From: an uncultured Sphingomonas sp.
GTDB taxonomy: Bacteria; Pseudomonadota; Alphaproteobacteria; Sphingomonadales; Sphingomonadaceae
Length of the DNA: 64,000 nt
Reading direction: 5' to 3'
Assembly: GCA_966251045.1 (NCBI GenBank)
Contig: CBINJP010000020.1
Span: 388-64,387 of the forward strand
Part shown: in pieces, positions 8,763 to 18,429 of the stretch
How the letters are laid out: each line of letters starts with the position of its first letter
How positions within the stretch are numbered: position 1 is the stretch's first letter
The notes under the pieces: model-generated
The model's database searches: none
What the model was told of the DNA's origin: nothing
The model's input: the letters and a program-made list of their open reading frames with translations, nothing else
Position numbers and translations under genes: made by a program

Positions 8763-9899
8763 CTAGCCGAGATGCGCGCGCACCGCCGCGAAGGCGTCGC
8801 GGTGGACCTCTTCGGTCTGGAGGTTCGATGCGAGCGGATGCGATCCGAAGCGGATCATCGCGAGCTGGTGGGTGGGATCGATCCAGATCCGCTGGCCGAA
8901 CACGCCATTCGCGGCGAGCATCGGCGGATCGCCATGATCGACCCACCAGAAGCTGCGATAGGATCCCTCGCCGCGTCTGGTCCCGGCGCGCGCGAACAGC
9001 TCGCGGTCGCCGCCGGCGATCAGCGCGGCGAGCAGGCCGGGCTGCTCCATCAGCCACAGGCTGACCCGCGCCAGGTCGCGCGCGGTGGCGTTGAGCCCGG
9101 TGCCGCCCATTTCGACCCCGGCGGTGTCGAGCAGCATATAGGCTTCATCCGCGCAGCCCGCTGGCAGCCAGACATGCTCGGCGACGAGGTCGCTCAGCCG
9201 TTTTCCCGTCGCGTGCGGCAATACCTGACCGAGCGCATCGGCGACCGGGGTGCGGTAGCGGAAGCTCGCCCCCGCTTCGGCCGAACGCGCGGTCAGGGCG
9301 CGCAGCGCGCCCAGCGTCCCGCCCTCGCCGTCTCCCCAATAGGCGGCGGAGTAACGATGCACATCGGCATCCCGATTGGCGTAATCCTCATCGAACGCGA
9401 CGCCATCGGTCATGTCGAGCAAATGGCGCAGCGACACGCCCGCGAAGCCGCTTCCGGAAAGCGCGGACACATGGCGCTCGACCGGCGACTCCGGATCGAG
9501 CTTCCCCAGCGCGATCAGCCGTTCGGCGACCAGCCCGATCACCGACTTGGTGATCGAAAAGCCCATATGCGGCGTTTCGGGGCCCATGCCGTTGGCATAA
9601 TGCTCGAAGACGACGCGACCGCGATGGAGCAGGAGCAGCGCGTCGGCATAGGTCGCTTCGAGAAAGCCGGGCCAGTCGAACGCCATGCCGGAGACGTCGA
9701 CAGGTTCGACGGGCAGGGCCCGGGGATGGGGCGAGCGCGGCAGCGCGCGGGAAGGCACCAGCTCGCGCGCATGCTGGAATGCCCAGCGCATATAGGGCCA
9801 GGTCCGCCAATTCTCGCTGGTCACGCGCCGTTCGGGCGGCAGCTCGGGATCGGGCCCGATACCGGCAGTGCGCCAATCGAGAGGGGGAGGGAGAGTCAC
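8763..9899 (-). CDS. Serine hydrolase, beta-lactamase (class C / DD-peptidase-like) family
   Basis: 378-aa ORF with the SxxK motif in GFSITKSVIGLV. Its start overlaps the upstream ATP-grasp gene stop by 4 nt. Confidence 0.75.
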   Translation of the reverse strand: MTLPPPLDWRTAGIGPDPELPPERRVTSENWRTWPYMRWAFQHARELVPSRALPRSPHPRALPVEPVDVSGMAFDWPGFLEATYADALLLLHRGRVVFEHYANGMGPETPHMGFSITKSVIGLVAERLIALGKLDPESPVERHVSALSGSGFAGVSLRHLLDMTDGVAFDEDYANRDADVHRYSAAYWGDGEGGTLGALRALTARSAEAGASFRYRTPVADALGQVLPHATGKRLSDLVAEHVWLPAGCADEAYMLLDTAGVEMGGTGLNATARDLARVSLWLMEQPGLLAALIAGGDRELFARAGTRRGEGSYRSFWWVDHGDPPMLAANGVFGQRIWIDPTHQLAMIRFGSHPLASNLQTEEVHRDAFAAVRAHLG

Positions 9900-10984
9900 G
9901 CCGTCTGCGGATAGCGCGAAACCGCCCGTTTTTCAGCCCGCCATCGCCGGATCAATGCGCGCCAGCCCTCGGGCCGGTGCCCGCGCTCGCGGTTAGTCGC
10001 GCCGATCGCGAAGAGTAGGCCATATTGATGCGTGAGGCTCGCCCAGGCGCCGCGCAGCGTCATCCGGCTGTCCCAGATATGCGTCGCCTCCGCGCCGGCG
10101 CCATTATATTCGACGATCGTCAGATCCTCGCCGCGCCGGAACGCCTCGAAATCGGAGAAGCGCACGTCGAAGCGGCCGAAATGGAAGCCCGGGATGCAAT
10201 CGGCGATCCGGTCCATCCGGTCGATCAGCGCGCGGGTGACGTGCGCGGTCCCGTCGCGGAAGATCGCGCCGCGGCAATGATTGCCCGCGAACACGAGCGG
10301 CACGCGCTCGCCCTTCCCGGGCACCTCGCCCAGCCGGCCGGCGAGGCGCGGAAGATAGAGATGCGGCACCTGGCCCGCGCGCGGATCGGCGCGGACCAGC
10401 GCCTCGATGGTCGAGCGGCCGTCGCCTGTGACCGAGGGGAAATATTTGAGCGTGAGCGAGAGGATCTGCCCGCGATCCGCGTCCGGCGCGCGGACATAGA
10501 AGATGCCCGCCTCGCCTTTGGCGGGCACGAGCCGCTGAAGGATCAGCGTCTCGCCCACCGGGAAATCGGCGAGATAGGTGGTGAGCTCGGCACTGTCGCG
10601 CACCGGCCGCACCCCGGCACCGCGGCAGCCGATATCGGGCTTGGCGACCACCGGATAATCGAGCCCGCCGGTCCACATCGCCATCTCCGCCTCGGCGAGC
10701 TGCGCCGCCGCCGAACCGGATCGCCGCAGCGTGACCCAGGCCGCCAGCGCATCGCGCTCGGGCGGCTGAATCGCGGCGAACACCGCGCTCTTGGATTCGC
10801 CCACCAGTCCGCCCGCCGGCAGCCCGGGATTGGCGAGCAGCGGCAGCCGCAGCCCGCGATGCCGGATCGCCAGCCCCGCGATCACCGCCATCATCGGCAG
10901 ATAGAAGATCGATGCCGGCCAGAATTCGAACCGCGACAGCAGCGGCGCGGGCTCGAGCGGGGGCATGGCCTCGCCATCACGCAC
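9896..10984 (-). CDS. Membrane-anchored ATP-grasp domain protein (carboxylate-amine ligase-like)
   Basis: N-terminal hydrophobic segment (FWPASIFYLPMMAVIAGLAI) followed by ATP-grasp features (YPVVAKPDIGCRGAGVRPV, EYNGAGAEATHIWD). The start could be 10984 or 10966. Confidence 0.65.
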   Translation of the reverse strand: MRDGEAMPPLEPAPLLSRFEFWPASIFYLPMMAVIAGLAIRHRGLRLPLLANPGLPAGGLVGESKSAVFAAIQPPERDALAAWVTLRRSGSAAAQLAEAEMAMWTGGLDYPVVAKPDIGCRGAGVRPVRDSAELTTYLADFPVGETLILQRLVPAKGEAGIFYVRAPDADRGQILSLTLKYFPSVTGDGRSTIEALVRADPRAGQVPHLYLPRLAGRLGEVPGKGERVPLVFAGNHCRGAIFRDGTAHVTRALIDRMDRIADCIPGFHFGRFDVRFSDFEAFRRGEDLTIVEYNGAGAEATHIWDSRMTLRGAWASLTHQYGLLFAIGATNRERGHRPEGWRALIRRWRAEKRAVSRYPQTA

Positions 10985-12182
10985 AGGCGAGCGCTCCGCC
11001 GCCGGTGCGCGCCCGGGTCAGCCCGTCGACGAACATCTCGTCGAACCAGCGCCGCTGCACCTGGCTCCCGCCAAGCAGCGCCAGCCGCGAACGCGCCTGG
11101 CCGAGCGCGATGGCGGCCGAATAATAGTGCCCGCGCGCATGCGCGACCACGCCGCGCGCCAGCTGGTCGAGCGCCGAGCCCTCGGCATGGCCGCGAATCT
11201 CGATCGAGCGCAGCAGCCGTTCGGCGAGCGCATCCTCGCCCGCGCGGGTCAGCGCATAGAGGTAATGGAGGTCCGCGAAATCGCTGATCGCATCGCCGAC
11301 GCGGGGCGCCGCGTGCACGGCGATATCATGCCAGCGCGCGCCGCCATGAACCCCGCGCGCCTCGATTCGGGCGAGCAGCGAGACGGCGTTGATCTGGTCC
11401 TGGCAATGGCCCTTGCGCACGCCCCAGACATGATCGTCGAACAGCGCCAGCGCGCCCTCGGCATCGCCCAGCCACAGCGCGAACAGCGCGGCATGCCACC
11501 AGTTATGCGTGAGCATGAAGGAGGAGCAGCGATCCCAGCTCGCGGCATGCGCGCGCATGAAGGCGCGGCCCTCGATCCAGTCCTCGCGCGCGCAATGGAC
11601 ATGCGCCATCGCATGTTGGGCCCAGGGATCGGTCAGCGGATTGCGGTCGACCGCGCGCGCGGCGATCGCGGCGGCGCGATCGGTCTCGCCCGCCTGGTCG
11701 AGTGCGAAGGCGAGCAACCCGCCGGCATAGCCCTTGGGATCGGCTGCGGCGGCGTGCGACGCGGTGCGCACCATCGAGACCGTCTCGCCCGAGGCGAGCT
11801 GGAGGATCTGGCAAAGCTTGGCGCTGACCACGTCATGCGGCCAGCGCATCACGACATCCGACAGCAGTCGTGCTGCCTTGCCTGGATCGCCCGCGCCCCA
11901 GCTCGCGATCGCCGCGACGATCCAGCGTTCGCGCTCGCTCGCATGAGTGGTCTGGAGCGCGGCGGCGCGCAGATGCGGACGCGCCTGGATTACCCCCTCT
12001 CGCGTGGTGAGCGAGAGGAAGAGGGCCGCGGCATAGGCATGCGCCACCGCGCAATCGGGGTCCGCCGCCAGCGCTTCGAAGATCGCCGAAGTGTGGCAGC
12101 CATGACTGAGCAGCTCGCCGCCGAACCGGTGGATCGCCGCCAGCGCCTCGGGGCTGCGCGTCGTTGCGTCGAGCTCAGGCAC
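10977..12182 (-). CDS. TTC38-like tetratricopeptide repeat protein
   Basis: DPWAQHAMAHVHCAREDW...FMLTHNWWHAALFALWLGDAEGALALFDDHVW matches my recollection of the TTC38 family signature. I propose the GTG start at 12182, which overlaps the DoxX stop by 8 nt. The ORF-track start at 12284 would overlap DoxX by more than 100 nt. Confidence 0.6.
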   Translation of the reverse strand: MPELDATTRSPEALAAIHRFGGELLSHGCHTSAIFEALAADPDCAVAHAYAAALFLSLTTREGVIQARPHLRAAALQTTHASERERWIVAAIASWGAGDPGKAARLLSDVVMRWPHDVVSAKLCQILQLASGETVSMVRTASHAAAADPKGYAGGLLAFALDQAGETDRAAAIAARAVDRNPLTDPWAQHAMAHVHCAREDWIEGRAFMRAHAASWDRCSSFMLTHNWWHAALFALWLGDAEGALALFDDHVWGVRKGHCQDQINAVSLLARIEARGVHGGARWHDIAVHAAPRVGDAISDFADLHYLYALTRAGEDALAERLLRSIEIRGHAEGSALDQLARGVVAHARGHYYSAAIALGQARSRLALLGGSQVQRRWFDEMFVDGLTRARTGGGALACA

Positions 12183-12627
12183 GGGCGCCTCCGAAGCGAT
12201 GGAGCAGCAGCAGCGCCGCCGCCGAGAGCCACACGCCGCACGCCAGCGCGAACAGCAGCCCGCCATCATAGCTGCCATCGGCATTGCGCACCGAGACGCC
12301 GAGCGGGGTGAACAGATGAAAGAAGATCGCGCCTGAAATCACGCTGAGCGCGAGCAGCGCACCCCAGGGCTGCAGCCAGCGCAGCGCCGGAAACAGCGCC
12401 GCCAGCAGCACCACCGACGCGACCAGCTCGGCCGTGCCCACCACATATTGCGAGGCGATGCCGTGCGGCCCGAACGTGCCGCCCAGCCCGAACCCGCCCG
12501 CCCATTTGTCGAGCGTGCCGAAGATATATTGCGTCTCGGGCGAGTTGGTGAATTTGAAGAACAGCGACTGGACGAAAACGAAGCCGATATAGAGCGTCAG
12601 CGCCGCCGGCGCGTAGGTGCGGATCAT
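12175..12627 (-). CDS. DoxX family membrane protein
   Basis: 150-aa ORF with four hydrophobic helices and a DoxX-like pattern (LYIGFVFVQSLFFKF...GTAELVASVVLLAALF...ISGAIFFHLF). Confidence 0.7.
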   Translation of the reverse strand: MIRTYAPAALTLYIGFVFVQSLFFKFTNSPETQYIFGTLDKWAGGFGLGGTFGPHGIASQYVVGTAELVASVVLLAALFPALRWLQPWGALLALSVISGAIFFHLFTPLGVSVRNADGSYDGGLLFALACGVWLSAAALLLLHRFGGARA

Positions 12628-12783
12628 GGGTCTGCTCCCTGAAATGGATGCAGCCCGTGTCGCGGCTCTGCGCCAAACGTGGAAATGCCGGTGCGTTACG
12701 GTTTCGATGCACGATCGGCATTTCAGCCGCGCATCGCGATTCCCTAGGTCGGGCGGATCACCCCCTATCGAAGGATCCGTACC

Positions 12784-13044
12784 ATGATTGCCATGCTTTC
12801 CACGCTCGCCCTGTTCCTCGCGCCCGTCGCGGCCAATGACGGCCCGGACGTCCGCGTCTCCTATGCCGATCTCAACCTCGCCAGCCCTGCCGGCCGCGCC
12901 GAGCTCGATCGCCGCATCGACCGTGCGCTCGACACGGTCTGCCCCGCCGCTCCCACGCGGCTGCTCGCCGAAGTCGAGGCGGTCGAGCGCTGCCGCGCCG
13001 AAGCGCGCACGCAGATCGATGCCCAGCGCATGACCGCTCGCTGA
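12784..13044 (+). CDS. UrcA family secreted protein
   Basis: 86-aa ORF with a signal peptide. VRVSYADLNLASPAGRAELDRRIDRALDTVC...CRAEA is the UrcA family signature. Confidence 0.75.
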   Translation: MIAMLSTLALFLAPVAANDGPDVRVSYADLNLASPAGRAELDRRIDRALDTVCPAAPTRLLAEVEAVERCRAEARTQIDAQRMTAR

Positions 13045-13076
13045 CGCATCCCGACCTTCACCGGAGTCCCAACATC

Positions 13077-13544
13077 ATGCGTTACCTTGTTCATGCTTTC
13101 GCGTTCGTTCTCGCGCTGGCTGTCACCACCGCCGTCACCACCGGCACCGCATCCGCGCAAAAGGCGGAAATCTACACCGGCTGGTTCGGCAAGGTCGCCG
13201 TGGGTGGATACGATACCGTCTCCTATTTCACTCAGGGACGTCCGGTGAAGGGCGATGCGCGGTTCAAGATGCAGTGGAAAGGGGCGGAATTCCGCTTCTC
13301 CACCGCCGCGAACCTCGCCGCCTTCCGCGCCGCGCCCGCGCGCTATGCCCCGCAATATGGGGGCTATTGCGCCTGGGCCGTCGCCCATAACTACACCGCA
13401 TCCGGCGATCCGCTCGCATGGCGGATCGTCGATGGAAAGCTCTACCTCAACTATAATGCCGAGGTGCAGCGCCAGTGGCAGAAGGACATCCCGCGCTATA
13501 TCGCGTCGGGCAATCGCAACTGGCCGGCGGTGCTGAAGAAATGA
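13077..13544 (+). CDS. YHS domain-containing periplasmic protein
   Basis: Signal peptide, then GGYDTVSYFTQGRPVKG...FRFSTAANLAAFRAAPARYAPQYGGYCAWAVA...GKLYLNYN, typical of the YHS-domain family. Confidence 0.75.
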   Translation: MRYLVHAFAFVLALAVTTAVTTGTASAQKAEIYTGWFGKVAVGGYDTVSYFTQGRPVKGDARFKMQWKGAEFRFSTAANLAAFRAAPARYAPQYGGYCAWAVAHNYTASGDPLAWRIVDGKLYLNYNAEVQRQWQKDIPRYIASGNRNWPAVLKK

Positions 13545-14140
13545 TGGCGGAGATGCTGGCCGGGTTCCTCGCGGACCTGGCCCGCCAGCCCGCCCTGCTG
13601 CTCGCCGTGATCTTCGCCGCATCGCTCCTGCTGGAGGATGCGGCGATCGTCGCGGCGGGTCTGCTTGCGGCGCATATGCTCGTCGATCCGCTGGCCGCGA
13701 TCGCGGTGCTGGTGGTGGGCACCACCGCCGGCGACATGGCGCTGCATGTCGCCGGGCGCTGGGCGGAAACGCATCGCTGGGTTCGCCGTCAGCGCAGGCG
13801 ACCCGCAGTCGATCACGCACTGCAATGGCTCGGACGTCATTGGTGGACAGCCCTTGCCGTGGCCCGCTTCACGCCGGGATTGCGCCTCCCGGTATATCTG
13901 GCCAGCGGGATGCTCCGGTTGCGGCCGTTACCCTGCATCGCCGTTATCGGCCTTGCCAGCCTGGTATGGACCCCGGGTCTGTTCCTGCTGAGCAAGGCGG
14001 GCGGAGAGGCGCTGCGGCAGACCCCGCGCCATGCCATCACCGCGCTCGTTCTGACTCTACTCGCCGTGTTCGCCGCGGCCCGGCTCGTCCACGCCGCCCG
14101 GATACGGAGGCGCCTCTATTCAACCGGAGAATCTTCGTAA
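13541..14140 (+). CDS. DedA / VTT (SNARE-associated) family membrane protein
   Basis: ATG at 13541 overlaps the YHS stop (ATGA). GTTAGDMALHVAGRW and ARFTPGLRLPVYLASGMLRL match DedA family motifs. Confidence 0.65.
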   Translation: MMAEMLAGFLADLARQPALLLAVIFAASLLLEDAAIVAAGLLAAHMLVDPLAAIAVLVVGTTAGDMALHVAGRWAETHRWVRRQRRRPAVDHALQWLGRHWWTALAVARFTPGLRLPVYLASGMLRLRPLPCIAVIGLASLVWTPGLFLLSKAGGEALRQTPRHAITALVLTLLAVFAAARLVHAARIRRRLYSTGESS

Positions 14141-14506
14141 TACTCTCCTCGTGAGCGCCGCCGCCGCGCTGCTGGCTCCTTTGGCAATTGGCCGGGTCCA
14201 CGCCACCGCCCGTACAGGCCGAGGCAGCGCAACAGGCGCCATTTCGATTGTGCACATACGAAAGTGCATTGCTATCAGTAAAAACCTGATTAGTAATCCT
14301 ATTCGCTGACCTGCTCGCGGGACGGCGCGACAGGACGCCTCACCGCATCCGGGAATTGCCGGTCGATCGGAGCGCCGTGGCGTTGCTCCGCCTGCCCGCG
14401 TGATGAGCCAGCGGTCGGGGATGCCGGGGCAAGGGCGCGGCTGCGAGGCGAAAAAGACGCGCGGCCGGCGGAGACCCACCGGGATGCGTCGGACGAGCGG
14501 ACGGGA

Positions 14507-15937
14507 GTGGATATGTACCTGAAGGGACCTGGGACGGCCGTTTTCGCGCGGGGCTCGCATGGCCTTGGCGTCGCGGCACGAGCGCTGCTCGCCGGGCGCC
14601 GCGCCGCAGCGTCCCTTGTCCACTGGCTGTGGGTCGTGGCGATCGTTCTTTCGCTTGCCCCCGTCATGTCGAGCGCCCAGATCCTGACGGACGAGCAGCG
14701 CTCGGCCGCCAAGGTTTCCGGCGGCGACCCGGCCCTCGCGCCCGACCTGCTGCTTCCCGAGCGGGATATGGCCTGGTGGCGCGACGCCAAGTTCGGGATC
14801 TTCATCCATTGGGGGCTCTACGCCATTCCGGGCCGTGGCGAGTGGCACATGTTCAACGACAAGGTGCCCGCCGAAGATTATGCGAAGCTCGCCGCCCGCT
14901 TCCGGCCGCGCCACTATGATCCGGACCAATGGGCCGCGCTAGCGGGCGCCGCCGGCGCGCGCTACATGGTCATGACCGCACGGCATCATGACGGCTTTTC
15001 GCTCTTCGACAGCCCATCGAGCTATGGCCGGTTCGATTCGATGCATTCGGGTGCCGCGCGCGACCTGATCGCGCCCTTCGTCAGCGCGGTCCGCCGCAAG
15101 GGCCTCAGGGTCGGGCTCTATTATTCGCCGCTGGATTGGCGCTTCCCCGGCTATTTCCGGCCGAAGGAGCTGCCGGACAATGCGCGCCTGCTCAAGCAGC
15201 AGACCTGGGGCCAGGTCGAGGAATTGATGCGCAACTATGGCCCCATCGACATTCTGTGGTGGGACGGCGGATGGCTGGCGCATCAGGGGACCGATGCCGA
15301 CGCGGCGTGGTTTTGGGAATCCGACCGGCTCAACCGCATGGTCCGCCGCTATCAGCCCAGGATCGTGATCAACCCCCGATCGGGCTGGCAGGGCGATTTC
15401 GACATCGCTGAGGGACCCGCACCGATCACCGGACCCATCCGGACGCGTCCCTGGGAAAAGACATTCTCCCTCAATCGCGCGGCCTGGGGATTCACGCCGG
15501 GCGACACCGCGATGAGCGCCGACGAGGTCATCGTGCTGCTCGTCAACGCCGTGGTCCGGAACGGCAATGTCCTCGCCAACATGTCGCCCGATCCCGATGG
15601 CGTCATCCCGCCGAAACAGGTGGCGACGCTGCGCGCGATCGGGGTTTGGCTTCGGCAGAATGGGCGCGCGGTCTATGGCACGCGCCCCGGTCCGCTGCAG
15701 CCGGTGGACGGCATTTACGGCACCACGCAAAAGGGCCGCAGCGTGTTCGTCCATGTGCTTCGCTGGCCCGAGGGCGGATTGTCGCTGCCGCTCGAAGGAA
15801 GGGTCGCCTCGATCAGGGATTTTTCCGGCACGGCCCTGTCGTGGAAGCCCGAAGCGGGCGGAATCCGGATCCAGGCTCCCGCGCGATCGAACGGCGGGCC
15901 GGTGACAATTCTCGAGGTCAGGAGAGCGGGATCGTGA
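14507..15937 (+). CDS. Alpha-L-fucosidase (glycoside hydrolase family 29)
   Basis: WWRDAKFGIFIHWGLYAIPGRGEW...YMVMTARHHDGFSLFDS is the GH29 signature. There is a long N-terminal signal region. Confidence 0.85.
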   Translation: MDMYLKGPGTAVFARGSHGLGVAARALLAGRRAAASLVHWLWVVAIVLSLAPVMSSAQILTDEQRSAAKVSGGDPALAPDLLLPERDMAWWRDAKFGIFIHWGLYAIPGRGEWHMFNDKVPAEDYAKLAARFRPRHYDPDQWAALAGAAGARYMVMTARHHDGFSLFDSPSSYGRFDSMHSGAARDLIAPFVSAVRRKGLRVGLYYSPLDWRFPGYFRPKELPDNARLLKQQTWGQVEELMRNYGPIDILWWDGGWLAHQGTDADAAWFWESDRLNRMVRRYQPRIVINPRSGWQGDFDIAEGPAPITGPIRTRPWEKTFSLNRAAWGFTPGDTAMSADEVIVLLVNAVVRNGNVLANMSPDPDGVIPPKQVATLRAIGVWLRQNGRAVYGTRPGPLQPVDGIYGTTQKGRSVFVHVLRWPEGGLSLPLEGRVASIRDFSGTALSWKPEAGGIRIQAPARSNGGPVTILEVRRAGS

Positions 15938-18384
15938 AACGGCATGCCGATCGCGGGGGGCGCCGGGTGGCGGGCAGGCTCGCGCTGTGCGCGCTACTCG
16001 CCGCCGCGATCATGGCGCCGGCCGGCGCGCAGCGGACCGGCCTGTCGCAGGACTGGCTTTTCCTCGGCGGCGATGCTCCGGGAGCGGAGCGATCGGGCTT
16101 CGATGACCGTGGCTGGCAAAATACTGTCGTGCCGCACGACTGGTCGATCATGGACTGGCCCGACGGTCGCCCGCCTTTCGATCCGGGGGCCGAATCCGGT
16201 CAGGACTCGGGCTATCTGCCGGGCGGGATCGGCGCGTACCGCCGCGCGCTGAACCTGAGCGCGGCCGACGCCGCGCGCACCGTGCTGTTGAAGTTCGAGG
16301 CGGTCTATATGGACGCCGAAATCTGGCTCAACGGCGAGCCGGTCGCCCGCCATCGCTATGGTTACACCGCCTTCACCGTGGACCTCAGCGGCAAGGTTCG
16401 TCCCGGCAAGAATATCGTCGCGGTCAGGGCCAATCATGCCGATCCCTCCTCGCGCTGGTACGCCGGCTCGGGGATCATCCGTCCGGTGACGCTCGAGATC
16501 CTGAACTGCGTTCATCTCGAGCCGGACAGCGTGTTCGTCACTACCCCGGAGGCGAACACGGAGGCGGGCGCCGTGGCCAGTACGGCGTCCGCCTCGAACT
16601 GCGCGGCCAGGGCGCAGCAGGTCACTGTCACCACCAAGATCGTGTCGCAGGCGGGCGATGTCGTGGCGCGCACCACGCAGACCGAGCGTGTCGGGCCCAA
16701 ATCGCACGCGACCATCGCGTCGCGCCTCGCCGTGACCAGGCCCGCGCTTTGGTCGCCGGACTCGCCCAATCTCTACACGCTGGTGCACGAGGTGCGCGTC
16801 GGCGGCGCGCTGGTCGATACGCGGCGGACGCGGTTCGGCATCCGCACCATCACCGTCGATGCGCGGAACGGGCTGCGCATCAACGGCCAGCCGCTGAAGC
16901 TGCGCGGCGGCAACATCCATCACGACAATTACATGCTCGGCGCCGCCGGCTTTCCCGATGCCGACCGGCGCAAGGTCGCGCTGATGAAGGCAGCGGGGTA
17001 CAATGCCATCCGCAACGCGCATAATCCCGCGAGCCAGGCGACGCTGGACGCCGCCGACGAACTCGGCATGCTGGTGATCGACGAGGCGTTCGACAGCTGG
17101 AACAAGCACAAGCGCCCGCAAGATTATTCGCGCTTCTTCGCCGAGGACTGGCGGCAGGATATCGACAGCCTGGTCATCAGCGGGCGCAACCATCCCAGCG
17201 TGCTGTTCTGGAGCATCGGCAACGAGATACCCGAATCGGGCACGCCCCTGGGTATCGAGACGGCCAGGAGCCTGACCGCGCGCGTGCGCCTGCTCGATCC
17301 GACGCGCCCGGTGACTCAGGCGATCAACAATGATGCGCCGCTCAGCACCAGCCAGGCCGCCGTGCTCGATGTGCCCGCCTATAATTACCACGCCGAGCTG
17401 TTCACCACGGATCACGCCGCGCTGCCCGACAAGCCGATGTATACCGCCGAATCGCTGCCGAAGGACGCATTTCCCTATTGGCGCGAAGTCGAGACCAAGC
17501 CCTGGGTGATCGGCGACTTTGTCTGGACCGCCTTCGACTATCTCGGCGAAGCTGGGATCGGCTGGATGGGGTACAGCCAGGACTGGCAGAAGCTCGGGCC
17601 CTATCCGTGGCACCTCGCCTATTGCGGGGAGATCGACGCCACCGGGCGCAAGCGCCCCGCGGCCTATTACCGCCAGGTGTTGTGGAAGACCGGCATCGAT
17701 CCGATCGCGGCCTTTGTCCGCCAGCCCAAGGGGACCGAGGACCTGCCCGACCGCCATTATTTCCCGATCACGCCGCCGCATCTCGACTGGGCGCTCGACG
17801 ATGTCCATCCGAGCTGGACCTGGCCGGGGCAGGAAGGCAAGCCGCTCGAGGTCGTCGTCTATTCGGAGTTTCGGGAGGTCGAACTGTTCCTCAACGGCCA
17901 GAGTCTCGGCCGCAAGGCGGCGGGCCTCGAGACCGAGTACAAGGCAGTCTATCAGGTCGGCTACGCGCCGGGCGATCTTGTCGCGGTCGGCTATCGCGGC
18001 GGCAAGGAAGCCGGACGCTGGACGCTGCGTACCGCGGGTGCGCCCGCCGGCGCGCGGATCTCGCTCGACCGCCAGCGGATGGCGGCCAACGGGCAGGATC
18101 TGGCCTATGTCACGGTGGAGCTGACCGATGCCGGCGGCGTGCCGGTCTATTCGCGCCGCGACGAACGCCGGGTGAAGGTACGCGTGCTCGGCGCGGGGCG
18201 GCTCGCGGGCATGGGCAATGGCGACCCGCAGGACCCGTCAAGCCTGCAATCGGGCGACCGCAGGACCTTTCACGGCCGCGCCGTGGCTGTGGTGCGGGCA
18301 GGGACCCGGGCCGGCCGGGTGACCGTGGAAGTCGATATCGAGCGGCAGCCCCTGCGCCGGGTCCGGCTCGACGTGACCGCGTGA
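15934..18384 (+). CDS. Glycoside hydrolase family 2 (beta-galactosidase/beta-glucuronidase-like)
   Basis: GTG at 15934 overlaps the GH29 stop (GTGA). Has an RR-containing signal peptide, a sugar-binding domain (WQNTVVPHDWS), a TIM-barrel segment (NAIRNAHNPASQATLDAADELGMLVIDEAF) and the acid/base motif FWSIGNE. Confidence 0.85.
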   Translation: MKRHADRGGRRVAGRLALCALLAAAIMAPAGAQRTGLSQDWLFLGGDAPGAERSGFDDRGWQNTVVPHDWSIMDWPDGRPPFDPGAESGQDSGYLPGGIGAYRRALNLSAADAARTVLLKFEAVYMDAEIWLNGEPVARHRYGYTAFTVDLSGKVRPGKNIVAVRANHADPSSRWYAGSGIIRPVTLEILNCVHLEPDSVFVTTPEANTEAGAVASTASASNCAARAQQVTVTTKIVSQAGDVVARTTQTERVGPKSHATIASRLAVTRPALWSPDSPNLYTLVHEVRVGGALVDTRRTRFGIRTITVDARNGLRINGQPLKLRGGNIHHDNYMLGAAGFPDADRRKVALMKAAGYNAIRNAHNPASQATLDAADELGMLVIDEAFDSWNKHKRPQDYSRFFAEDWRQDIDSLVISGRNHPSVLFWSIGNEIPESGTPLGIETARSLTARVRLLDPTRPVTQAINNDAPLSTSQAAVLDVPAYNYHAELFTTDHAALPDKPMYTAESLPKDAFPYWREVETKPWVIGDFVWTAFDYLGEAGIGWMGYSQDWQKLGPYPWHLAYCGEIDATGRKRPAAYYRQVLWKTGIDPIAAFVRQPKGTEDLPDRHYFPITPPHLDWALDDVHPSWTWPGQEGKPLEVVVYSEFREVELFLNGQSLGRKAAGLETEYKAVYQVGYAPGDLVAVGYRGGKEAGRWTLRTAGAPAGARISLDRQRMAANGQDLAYVTVELTDAGGVPVYSRRDERRVKVRVLGAGRLAGMGNGDPQDPSSLQSGDRRTFHGRAVAVVRAGTRAGRVTVEVDIERQPLRRVRLDVTA

Positions 18385-18429
18385 TCATGGGCCGCATTGC
18401 CGAAACCAGCACCATAGCCAGAGGATGAT

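Noticed and set aside
8541-9914. 457-aa plus-strand ORF overlapping the serine-hydrolase gene; likewise 10025-11287, 10965-12311, 15994-17808, 18385-20055, 23606-25447, 28577-30475, 33376-35259, 35631-36986, 55610-57370, 58590-60755
   Set aside because: Each lies antisense or out of frame to an ORF with recognisable domain motifs, and each has the Arg/Pro/Gly-rich composition of non-coding frames in high-GC DNA.
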